Program-made: the position numbers and the translations under genes
Shown: positions 24,371 to 34,176 of the stretch, one piece after another
How positions within the stretch are numbered: position 1 is the stretch's first letter
Layout: every line of letters begins with the position of its first letter
The notes under the pieces: model-generated
The model's input: the letters and a program-made list of their open reading frames with translations, nothing else
What the model was told of the DNA's origin: nothing
Databases searched by the model: none
Assembly (NCBI GenBank): GCA_010093815.1
Contig: ML996571.1
Direction: 5' to 3' (one strand)
Length of the DNA stretch: 64,000 nt
Source of the DNA: Pseudovirgaria hyperparasitica
Taxonomy: Eukaryota

Positions 24371-24686
24371 TTACACACATCTAAATAGGTAAACGTTATG
24401 CAGGGAGGATGTGTGCCGTTGAGGGGTAGTATTGTTATTAGACTTATTCGAGTGGCTGGGAGGCATGAAATCCGCGGCCATGGGCATATAAAAATTTTGC
24501 CCGTGCGAAATACCAACTAGATCATTTTGGAAATCCTCGTCATGATGCGTAATTGGTGCCTGTGATCCATGGCTCGAGACGTAGGTCGGTGTGAACTTAG
24601 AGGCCTTAGAGGCCTTAGGCATCTATATGTCAAAATGCTCTTACTAAGCCAGCATTTCTAACTTGAAGTTACCTTACGTCTCTCAT
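24371..24686 (-). CDS. Candidate small hydrophilic protein (~83-86 aa); intron 24677-24623
   Basis: 83-codon ORF whose ATG (24622) directly follows a 55-nt GTAAGG...TTGAC...TAG intron. An upstream ATG AGA GAC splices in frame. Protein-like core PTYVSSHGSQAPITHHDEDFQNDLVGISHGQ. Confidence 0.45.
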
Positions 24687-25202
24687 GACTCCGTTCTTCA
24701 TTCCAGTTCCCAGCCATCAATAACAGCAACGGTATCCCTTTCTCCACCCATTACACACCAGCCGAGTCAGCGTCGGTCCTCTAAACCCATGGTGCTATTG
24801 TATTGCTGCACTATGGTGATGCCACAATTGGGTATCGCCGTCTAACTGACAAAGGACCATGTGGGTCCACTTATACCCACACTGAAAGCAGAAAGCTACC
24901 CCTCTCCCCAGACAATAATAGTTTTACTACAAATAATATCGCTGTAATATTTCTATGGCTTTCTCAGTCCTGTTACGCACGTCTAGACCTATCGACCAGG
25001 GCGAGTGGCTCTTGATCTAGCTCTCGTGATAGGAGCCTGAGTACCACCGCATCTATCCGTTGAGGACCACTGACTGGCGCCAGAGACCTAAACAACCATT
25101 TTCGGATGACTGTGGTATACTTCAGTATTGCTCATAGGTATTGTTCGAGCTCTTCCGCTCCGAGACATTGAATGGGGAAAAATCTACGTCATGAGACTTC
25201 AT

Positions 25203-25629
25203 AGAATGTCGTTTCAATCGCTGCCCCAGAGATGGATCAGCTTATCGGGCCTCTTGGCCTGGAATGTAATCTCACGTGGGAGGCAGTCCGTGTGGAATGC
25301 ATGTGTCCTGTGCAACAGTCCGCAGGTGACATTCCAGAGCATTGAGATGGCAGGGCTCTGAGCTCTCTACATGAAGAACCCGCTGTCTGCAGTGAAGTGC
25401 TCGGGCCAAGTCCATTAGCACTGTCTTCGCCCATCAAGAGGCAGCGCCGCATTCTCTGTGTCCTCACTAGCCACCACCAGGTTTGATTTCGGGAATGGGT
25501 TTTCAGCCTCTAGTGCAGTGAAGGTGGTAGTCTTTGCCAGATGCGGAAGCCCTGGTATATATGCGACCCTCTCAACTCTCGTCTGTTCGCAGCACCAGAT
25601 CTCCTCACTGCTTTTTTATGTATCATTCC
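25203..25629. promoter_or_regulatory. Cluster of six AbaA/TEA-type response elements (CATTCY)
   Basis: Sites at 25203(-), 25261(-), 25294(-), 25330(+), 25450(+) and 25624(+); another at 24699(+). Lies upstream of the WetA-family gene. Confidence 0.6.
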
Positions 25630-25869
25630 CAGAAACATGGCTTATTAGACATATAGGACCATTGCTTTAGCCTGCGTCTTGCAAGTCAACAGGTCATATA
25701 GTCTTTCGTTCAATGACTGGGCTTCCCTAGCACTCTTGTTCTCCTCTCCGTTCTCAGACACTCCCCGTTCTTGATCCTTACTTTCATGAAAGGACAAGGA
25801 CCGCGTTCGTTTTGCCACTGTGTCGTCGACGATCTCGTCAATACCTAGGCTTTCTCGACAGATGGGACG

Positions 25870-27702
25870 ATGTCACAGACTAATAGCTCGTCTGGCCATA
25901 TCCATGTTGTATCCATTCCGTCATCATCATTAAAAGGTATCCGCCCTTCTGATGTATCACCGATGCCCAGCTGGGATGAACCTGTTCCAGGGGATGACGA
26001 TTCTTGGCGTATGGCTGTACAATATGCCGCCCAGGCACCCAGATATGCCACGAACGACGTTCACGAATCATCTTCTTCAGCTTGCACGGAACCTAGAGTC
26101 GTCACAACAGACACCGAGATTCTAGGCCTCAGAAGCGTCTTCCTACTCGACAGTCTTTCAAGCTCCATCCGCCCTTCACCTATCTCACCTACACCTCTGC
26201 CAGCAACCTTCGGGTCCCCCGAGTGTGCTTCAGCATCGAAGAAATCCATACCCATACTCAGACGAAAGACATCTGGAATACTCAAGCCATCTCGCAAAGC
26301 CAGCGCAGCTTCCCTCATAATGCGACCGGCACCCAATCGACTTGACAACACTGATACATGGGCAAAGCGCCTTGAAGCGAACGCTGAAAGCCAAACAACA
26401 ATAAAGGCCAAAATGGAACCTAATACACCACCTCCATCTTCAGTCTTGGACTCTGAAGACTACACCTATGCCTTCGACAACCAGTATCATGATGTTGGTA
26501 CCACACCATCGACTACCAGATTTCCACATACGCGTTTACACAACACGGCCCAATCATTGTCACCGATAATCGACGATTCACGGGTATACATGATCAGTCA
26601 CACAAATCCCTCGACCCGGCATTGGAGCCAAGATTCACTGAGCTCGCAATATAGCAGTCAGGGCTCGCATCAGCGCGGATGTGGCTGGGACACCGACGTT
26701 TCTTCATCGAGTGCGGGATTTAGCCTTGCCGGCGCTACGGAGGAGCGCTACCAGATGTATAACGGACTGCCACAAGTACCGTCAACTGTATGGGGTGATG
26801 ATACTCCTCCCGTACAAACCATGCCCCTAGACACTTCTTTAATGGATGGTAAATATCATAGTATGGTTTTCGAAGTGCCGCCAGGGACAAGTGTCACACT
26901 CACTAGTCCTGATGGCACTATGCTTCCGCCCATACCGTCTGCTACACCTTCTCAGCTATACCTTTCGTCGCCGCCTTCTCAGATTCCTTCACCATGCCCA
27001 CTGCGCAGTAGCAACACGGCCTACGGCGGCACTCTCAATCGGCGTGCGTCGACTTGCGATCGCAGGAGCGCATCTCCCACTACGCTTCCACGTTCTATTC
27101 GTCGTGTTGGTAGACTTTCTTCGATACCATTACTTCACCACGACGGCGGCACGTCTTGTTCAAGCCCATACGACTCGTCAGCAGCGCTTCGTACCGACAG
27201 CATGGTACCAGATAGTTCTTCTCCTTGTATGGAAGATAGCCAAGCATTATCTTATCGTGGTCGTAACCGCCGTTACTCTACCAATATGCATCCTGCTAGC
27301 ATAGGAAGTATGTCCCGCGCAGCTAGCTGTTCCGTAAACAGTTTGAACCATTCAAGCAATTCCAGCATTGCAGGAACCAGTAGTTGCACTTCACACTCAC
27401 TGGCAAGCCCACAAATATCTGCGCCATTCCTTCTCAGTAGCTCACTCTCGCCTGCGATACCATCAACACCTGATCTAGGCCTTGGATCGGGGCATGGGTC
27501 GGTTGACTTTGTCAATTACACCCCAGATGACCGATCCAAGATTCTTACCGGTGTAGCCCCAAGCGGCAGCTCCAAGACTAAAGCAAGGCGAGAGAAAGAA
27601 GCTGCCGATCGACGGAGGCAATTAAGTGAAGCTGCGAGAAGGGCAATTATTGATGCTGGAGGCGATGTTGCAGCCCTAGAACGAGATGGACTACTGTGTT
27701 GA
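25870..27702 (+). CDS. WetA-family developmental regulator (C-terminal ESC1/WetA domain); orthologue or paralogue of wetA unresolved
   Basis: C-terminus FVNYTPDDRSKILTGVAPSGSSKTKARREKEAADRRRQLSEAA..AGGD matches the WetA signature; the rest is Ser/Pro-rich low complexity. Confidence 0.85.
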   Translation: MSQTNSSSGHIHVVSIPSSSLKGIRPSDVSPMPSWDEPVPGDDDSWRMAVQYAAQAPRYATNDVHESSSSACTEPRVVTTDTEILGLRSVFLLDSLSSSIRPSPISPTPLPATFGSPECASASKKSIPILRRKTSGILKPSRKASAASLIMRPAPNRLDNTDTWAKRLEANAESQTTIKAKMEPNTPPPSSVLDSEDYTYAFDNQYHDVGTTPSTTRFPHTRLHNTAQSLSPIIDDSRVYMISHTNPSTRHWSQDSLSSQYSSQGSHQRGCGWDTDVSSSSAGFSLAGATEERYQMYNGLPQVPSTVWGDDTPPVQTMPLDTSLMDGKYHSMVFEVPPGTSVTLTSPDGTMLPPIPSATPSQLYLSSPPSQIPSPCPLRSSNTAYGGTLNRRASTCDRRSASPTTLPRSIRRVGRLSSIPLLHHDGGTSCSSPYDSSAALRTDSMVPDSSSPCMEDSQALSYRGRNRRYSTNMHPASIGSMSRAASCSVNSLNHSSNSSIAGTSSCTSHSLASPQISAPFLLSSSLSPAIPSTPDLGLGSGHGSVDFVNYTPDDRSKILTGVAPSGSSKTKARREKEAADRRRQLSEAARRAIIDAGGDVAALERDGLLC

Positions 27703-29608
27703 AAAGGCTGCTCGCTGCGAGACCTATGGTGCGCCCGCCCAGATCCTCCTCGAATTTGAACAAACAATGGATGATGTAAGGGTGATGATCGTCACATTGG
27801 GTGATTAGAGATCTATAGAGCCTCCTGAGGTACTGGTACACGAGAAGAGCATGGTAGCATATTCAATAAAAATTCACTCCCACAACAATATATATTGACA
27901 CAGTCGGACATTCCTAACTCATGAGATTCATTAATCAAACATTAAACTTTCTCAATGTCCATAGTAACTCCGTAGCATCATTCATTCTACGTACTTTTGA
28001 GAAGAACCTGCCTACCGATGGTCGAGTGCACCCTTGCACTTCTTCCAGATATTCCCTGAATAATCACTCAGTCCAGTGACTGAAATAAACTATAACTGTC
28101 CAATTCGTATGACTTATTGCGTTGCTACTAACCCAAATTTCTCGAGGATATGTTCCGAACCTTTGCGATCGATGGTCAGCACCTGCTCATACTGCATCAT
28201 CCTCATATCCTTCTTCTCTTCACCTGTTCACATCAGCGCGATGTATCAGTCCTTACCGTCATCTCAAAATCCTACGTCTGTATCTCTAACATCTAAATGG
28301 TCCAAATACCCTTCTGAAACAATGACGGCGCCTCATATTCTCCGTGGCGCCTGCACCTTTCCTACCCCGTCGCATATCCTGAATACGCCTTGGACCTCCA
28401 ACCAAGGACCTTGGTATCCTCCTCCGTTATCTGACAAATACCAAAAACACTCTAAATAGTGAACCTCACTCTCAGCCCCAATGTCATCCATATATCTGCC
28501 ACCCACTCGACAGCGATCCCCAGGCGCCTTGCACGTCACCAATACACTTCGGCCGCGGCTCATACCTGCCTTGCCTAGCACAGTGAAGGGTCTTGTGTCA
28601 ATAGTTACTGGGGTGGGTGTTTGCAGGGCTAGATACGGCTCGAGCTCATGGGTGAAGACTAAAACGTGTTCGATTGGCATGTACTGGAAGTAACGAAAAG
28701 CCACAGTTCGTAGGTCTTTGGAGTCTGAACCAGGTCAGGGAAAGTTTAATTTGCAGAGGAAGCGATCGAAAATAAGTATGGGTCGAATCGTGTCATGTGC
28801 GCCTTTTCATGAAGCTACATATATTTTCCACAATCACATGGTGGAGTGAGTATAATAGAGTGTAATAGACTCTGATGCAGTAATTGACACTGTCTTCATA
28901 GTCTGTTGTTACATGACTAGTAAGTAGTAGTTCCCTATCACCTAGGATAGGATAGAGGCGCTACCTATGGTCCGGCAAGAAGCATTTTTATGAACAGGGA
29001 ACAGGGTAACGGACAGCGTCAGCATATTTTTAGTGATTAGATCGAGTCGTACCCCTCTCGAGAAATCTAAACTGGTCCGCCAGTCACTTTGCGCTTATCA
29101 TATGGATACTAAGACCAGAACACGGCAATGATTAAACAATGTTAAGCGTCGCGGAGTGTATTTCCGCATCGCTGCGTAACTGATGGACTCTGAACATCCA
29201 ACGCTCCGACGGAAGCGGTAATCAAGTCGAACCACTGGTATCTCAAATGCACTCCCTGCAGTAATAATGTATGTGACTTCGATATGGACGCAAAGAGACT
29301 GGTGCATTGTCCATAGCTAGCATTCCTACGATGATCTATTGGGTAGGACAAATGTTGAGGAATGGGGATTGTGGGCGACGACCACCTGCAAGATAGGTCA
29401 AAGCAACCACCATTGCTAAGCTGTCCGCTTAGTATATTGGTGTATCGAATCGCAAGCGCGACCATGTCGTGGAAATTGGAACAAGAAACATAAGAGGAAA
29501 AACCCGTTGCAGGTGGCCTGAAGTGATCATACCTGTAGGTTCGAAGGCCGTTAGCATATACGTACTGCGATACTAACTCAAGGTTGACATGTCGACGCTT
29601 GATAGCTT

Positions 29609-31954
29609 TCAGTTTTCTTGGCAAATCTTGAAATGCTCTGTACATAGCCATTCCGCCCAGACCCCAATATCTACACTAACATCGAGCGCTCTAGCTAGAC
29701 GTCTCCTTAGTTGTACTGATCGCTTAGTGTCTTGAGCTCGAGACTCAAACTCCAAAGCGCCTTCTGGAGTTTCATTGCTAGACTCACCAGGCACAGTGTT
29801 TGTACGTGAGTCAACATTCTGTGCTAGAATGGTGATCTCTGCATTGTTACCGATTTCGAAACTGACTGAAAGTGGTAACTTCGGATCTTTGGGTAGAGCG
29901 GGTCCCATGACGACATTATCATCACCATCATCATGCTTATACTGTCCTTCTTTCAAGTCTCGAGTAGAGTAGGCATGTAATGGACCCGGAAATACTACAG
30001 TAAGACAAGTATGTGGCTCTAAGCTGTCGACCAAAACATCTACTTTCATATCTGGAAGAACCCTTGTGGCGTTTGCGGAGGTAGGCTTTTCTATGGGAGA
30101 ATCAGAACGTGGCGAGAAAGAAGTCTGAAGCATCGAATTGAGCATCGCATACCGACGGAGAATCTGTAGTAAATCAGCCACTACGTATCGGTCGACGCGT
30201 GAAGGCTTGTTGCAGAAACTTACCGGAAGCATCTGTACAAGTTGCCGTGGATGCTCGAAGGGTACTTGTTCTAACACAATACCGTAGCCGTCGTTCGGAA
30301 CGTGTAAGGCGTTTTTATGCTTCCTTTGAATTTCCTCCGAATCTTTGACGAGGATCAAACGTTCACTGTGTATTTGGTTCAGACCAGTCAGGGCTGTGCA
30401 GATTTCACCTTCGCTGCCTGGGTGCAGAGCAAGACTGTCCCAAGCAACTGCTCTGTATTGGTCCTGCGCTAGCGGGGCATTCACGTCTTGAGTTAAGGCT
30501 ACAGCAACGCGTAAAGGGACTATCAATGGTGGAGAAAATCGTGCCATGAACCGGACGCCAGGAGGTTTCTCGTTGCCCATGGAGCTGATGTTCTCAGTAT
30601 CTTCTTGTACATATGTCGGTGGTGGATCCAGCCAGTCGATCTTTGAGCCATGCAGAGCTTCTCCAATGTTCTCGAGTCCGTCATCAGCTTTTTCGATCAT
30701 ATCTGATAACCACGAGTCGCTGATCCGCATCGCCGGATACATGCCAACAGGAAGCGATTCGCATTCGATTTGAATGGAGTGGATGCGATCGGGACCCAAG
30801 TGATGGGCTATGTCTACCGGCTCGTCCGTTTCCATATGGTCTACTATTGGAGTGTTGGGAGCACTTGATGTGACGGTGTCCCCATGCAAGACATGCCTTC
30901 GGTCGGTCCAGTACTCCAGCGAGAGACCAACTCGGTCGCCAGCATTCATTCTCGGCCGACCGCTCTTTTTGCACATCACATGGCGCTCTGCCTTTTCTTC
31001 AAGCTGTGGTGATTTTGAATCGAGAGAGGCGGTGGCAATATTCTTTTCATGCACGAACAGTTTTTGTAAACTGTTGTAAACGGCCGAGATAGCTGCAAAG
31101 CAATTGAATGATGGAGCACTGAGTTTCTCAAACCGGGCAAGAACTTCGAGATTCCTTGAAAATTTCTCCAAGGTCAAAGTGAGTTTCGATTGTCCTGGCT
31201 GGGATGTGAGATCTCTGAGGAGCACATCGGCTGAGGTCTTCCAAGCTTCTGGTGCAGCTTCGCACTCCACGTTGACCTTCTCTACCACATCTGACCTGAT
31301 ATGCACATCCACCATCAGGCTGCTTGTTCCCGCGATGGTGATCGTTTTCTGGTTGTTCTTGCCCTCGTCCACAGAAGTGTCTAAACCCACCTTTTTTGCT
31401 GCTCTTCTAATGCCTTCTTCGCAAACTTTCCCGGAACGACTTCCAATCAGAGTGACTATACTCTCCAGGATCCTTCTCCTCTCATCATCTGTTCTTGATC
31501 CTATGCCCAGACTGCTCCCACCAACCATTCCCATACCAAGGCCACTCATGCTCAGGCCCATACTTAGTCCGCCCATTTGGCTGAAGCTAACACTCATATC
31601 TACGCCCCCGGTATTGCTGAGGTTCAAGCCCATGCCCCCCGACGGTGAATCGAAGTTGATTCCAACGCCTGCTGGGGAACTTCCCAGCAGACCCCCGCGT
31701 TTCGTATCACTTGCACCTCCAGTTGAGCTTCCAGTCAGGTGGTTGTGTGAGCCTGAAGTCGGTGCTGAAGCATGTGTCAAAGTCATGGGCGACTTGCCGG
31801 AGATGGTGTTGCGATGAGCTGCAGGAGACGCAGCATTGCGAGTGGCAGGAGAGGAGAAAGCTCCTAGGTGAGAAATTGTATTAGGTGTGGGTGCGTTATG
31901 GGCCTTAGGCGTCTTAGACGAATGAGCTGGGTTTGAGGGTGTGGGTGTGGACAT
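29609..31954 (-). CDS. MED1: Mediator complex subunit Med1; intron 30223-30164
   Basis: MSTPTPS start and Gly/Ser/Met-rich N-terminus; FSRNLEVLARFEKLS, NCFAAI, GRPRMN..GLSLEYW and PFEHPRQL..LP|ILRRYA blocks as in Pezizomycotina Med1. Confidence 0.8.
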   Translation of the reverse strand: MSTPTPSNPAHSSKTPKAHNAPTPNTISHLGAFSSPATRNAASPAAHRNTISGKSPMTLTHASAPTSGSHNHLTGSSTGGASDTKRGGLLGSSPAGVGINFDSPSGGMGLNLSNTGGVDMSVSFSQMGGLSMGLSMSGLGMGMVGGSSLGIGSRTDDERRRILESIVTLIGSRSGKVCEEGIRRAAKKVGLDTSVDEGKNNQKTITIAGTSSLMVDVHIRSDVVEKVNVECEAAPEAWKTSADVLLRDLTSQPGQSKLTLTLEKFSRNLEVLARFEKLSAPSFNCFAAISAVYNSLQKLFVHEKNIATASLDSKSPQLEEKAERHVMCKKSGRPRMNAGDRVGLSLEYWTDRRHVLHGDTVTSSAPNTPIVDHMETDEPVDIAHHLGPDRIHSIQIECESLPVGMYPAMRISDSWLSDMIEKADDGLENIGEALHGSKIDWLDPPPTYVQEDTENISSMGNEKPPGVRFMARFSPPLIVPLRVAVALTQDVNAPLAQDQYRAVAWDSLALHPGSEGEICTALTGLNQIHSERLILVKDSEEIQRKHKNALHVPNDGYGIVLEQVPFEHPRQLVQMLPVSFCNKPSRVDRYVVADLLQILRRYAMLNSMLQTSFSPRSDSPIEKPTSANATRVLPDMKVDVLVDSLEPHTCLTVVFPGPLHAYSTRDLKEGQYKHDDGDDNVVMGPALPKDPKLPLSVSFEIGNNAEITILAQNVDSRTNTVPGESSNETPEGALEFESRAQDTKRSVQLRRRLARALDVSVDIGVWAEWLCTEHFKICQEN

Positions 31955-32269
31955 GGTGATGCGTGAAGGCGAAGGTACTGTGCGATGGGTGTGCTCTATA
32001 ACTTTGAAATCAGACCTCTTGGATAGCAACGAGGAAGGGATTAAGGACGGAAGATTGAGCTCGGATGCGCATCGGGGGATCGATAGAGGACTATGAATAC
32101 ATCGGAACTTGTAACCATGCGATACAGTGGAATGGCTTTGTCTATCGCTATGCTGTGCTGCGCTAGGAGGCTAGAATAGTGTACTAGGAGCTCCATCCGT
32201 CTATAACTTTTTCAGCGTAACTCTTGGCAGGTCTTTTACACGTGTAAACGCCTATATCTCTTATTCTTG

Positions 32270-32600
32270 AATTATTCTATAACTTTCTGTATCTCTATTA
32301 AATATATTATTTATATATATATTAATATACTTATATATACTCATCTTTACATTATATATATAGAAAAGAAAAAAAGAAAAAAAGAAAAAAAGAAAAAAAG
32401 AAAAAAAGAAAAAAAGAAAGAAAGAAAGAAAGAAAGAAAATAAGAAAATAACTTTAGAAAATACTTTTTTAAATATAAATATTACTATATAGATATCTAT
32501 TAATATTCTATAGATAGATTTTTTTTAGATTTTAATTTAAGGATATATATAAAAGATATACTAAGAGTTATACTAAAAGAGTCCTAGATAGATAGATGTG
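32270..32600. repeat. AT-rich RIP-like island with compound (A7G)n/(AAAG)n microsatellite (~32362-32449)
   Basis: Seen directly. Confidence 0.75.
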
Positions 32601-32950
32601 TCTGCACGTCCTACCTAGCTAGTAGTAGCTGTCTTCCCTCACGTAAGCAGATCATGAAATCCCGTGTTACTGATTGATACATGTTACTATCAAATGATAA
32701 CCCCGGCTGAGGCTTAACTACACGGCTACTATATCGCAGTTCCTCGGTAGTGTATATGAGACCTTTGCTTAATCATAGAGAAATCCCGAGTGTATCAGTT
32801 TAAATGTGGTGAGTGCAGCATATACTCCTAATCCCTAGACCTGTCTCTCCGCTTCATAACCAACGCCGGGATCTGAATGTACTTGGGACCTCGTATCACT
32901 CATATGAATTATTATGCTCTTATCAGAGCTCATGTCTGGCATGTCCGAGC

Positions 32951-33461
32951 TCATTGTCTCCGCCCACCTCGTCTGCCTGCTGTGCTACTAACTGTACCTT
33001 CGCTTTCAACCTCCTCAATCACAAAATCCTCTTGATTGGCATCTAGCGCGGCCTCTAGCAAGTTCTGACCCTTCCCGTTTGCTAAGCGCGTGGGCCTTTG
33101 TCCACAAATTGCATTTCTTGGTCTTTTCTTTGGCCGGCCAGCCGCATTCGTGCTGTTCAAGAGCTCTAATTCTTTTTCCTCTGTTTGCCACCTCCGTACT
33201 ATTTCGTCCTCGAGCTTGTTCTCCATATCGTGGTGCGATGCATGATGACTACAGCCATCGCATTCGAACGAAGTGGCAATCTAAAATATCCATGTTAGAA
33301 CAATAGTTGTTTGTGTAGGAATGTTTGACCTTGATAGGATGAAGCATGAACCTTCGGCATGTACATGTTGTAAGCATTCCAGTCTTGAAGTTACACTGTC
33401 CTCGAGGAGGTACATATTTCATTTGAGACCAGATACTATTCTCTGGTACAGGTGTCGCCAT
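32951..33461 (-). CDS. Small hypothetical protein with Cys/His cluster; intron 33329-33281
   Basis: A 49-nt GT-AG intron with CTAAC branch joins two ORFs: RGQCNFK...CTCRRFMLHPIK|IATSFECDGCSHHASHHDMEN. Basic PKKRPR motif could be an NLS. Confidence 0.75.
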
Positions 33462-34176
33462 GCTTAATAGGCTCGTAATGATAGTCTGTATTCTCCGTCG
33501 AAACTTGTAAGGAGATTTCGAGGTATAAGTGAGGTCAGACCTCTCGTCGTAGAAAGATCAAAAAGAGGCTTAAGAAGGGCTAGGTAGTTTGAGTGTACGC
33601 AGAATAAATCTTGTTCCCGGCCCATGGTGAGTATCCAGATGTGGCTTTCACTTTCGAGACGTGCAGTAAGCCAAGACCCAATGTAAACAACTCACTAGCA
33701 ACGACGTTGCCCTGAAATGTACCAGCTTAGTCATCACAATAGCAGCAACAACCCGTGGCGTGGACCTATAATATTTAACAAGTCCACTCATTGTTTAAGT
33801 TGCACTTGGATCTGGTACGTCAAAATTGGAAAGGATCGATGCAGAGAATCGAACTGATATTTTTGCAATATCGTACATTGGTTGCCCTAGCTACTGAGCC
33901 TTGTTTGTGTTTTCTCTTCCTATTAATTAGAAGCTCTATCGCAGATGATCTATTCCATGCACGGGTTTTGATAGCAGGCACAGGAGCCTCCCGCAAACCC
34001 GGCACGATGAAGAAAGGCAACATAGGGCACCTGAAGCCCGTATCTATCTAGAAACGAGAGGATAGTGTTACAGAATAATATCAAAAACAAAGATGCATTC
34101 ACACCCGCTAATGAGTCAAGACAAGTAACGCCAACGTTTGCGAATGTGATTGCGAAAATGATCTCTACCAGCACGT

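Noticed and set aside
29142..29651. 169-aa ORF overlapping the MED1 stop
   Set aside because: Different frame, lies in the likely 3'UTR, no recognisable domain.
31104..31817. 237-aa plus-strand ORF, and similar antisense ORFs over MIP1, NBR1, SLY1 and others
   Set aside because: Antisense shadows of real coding exons.
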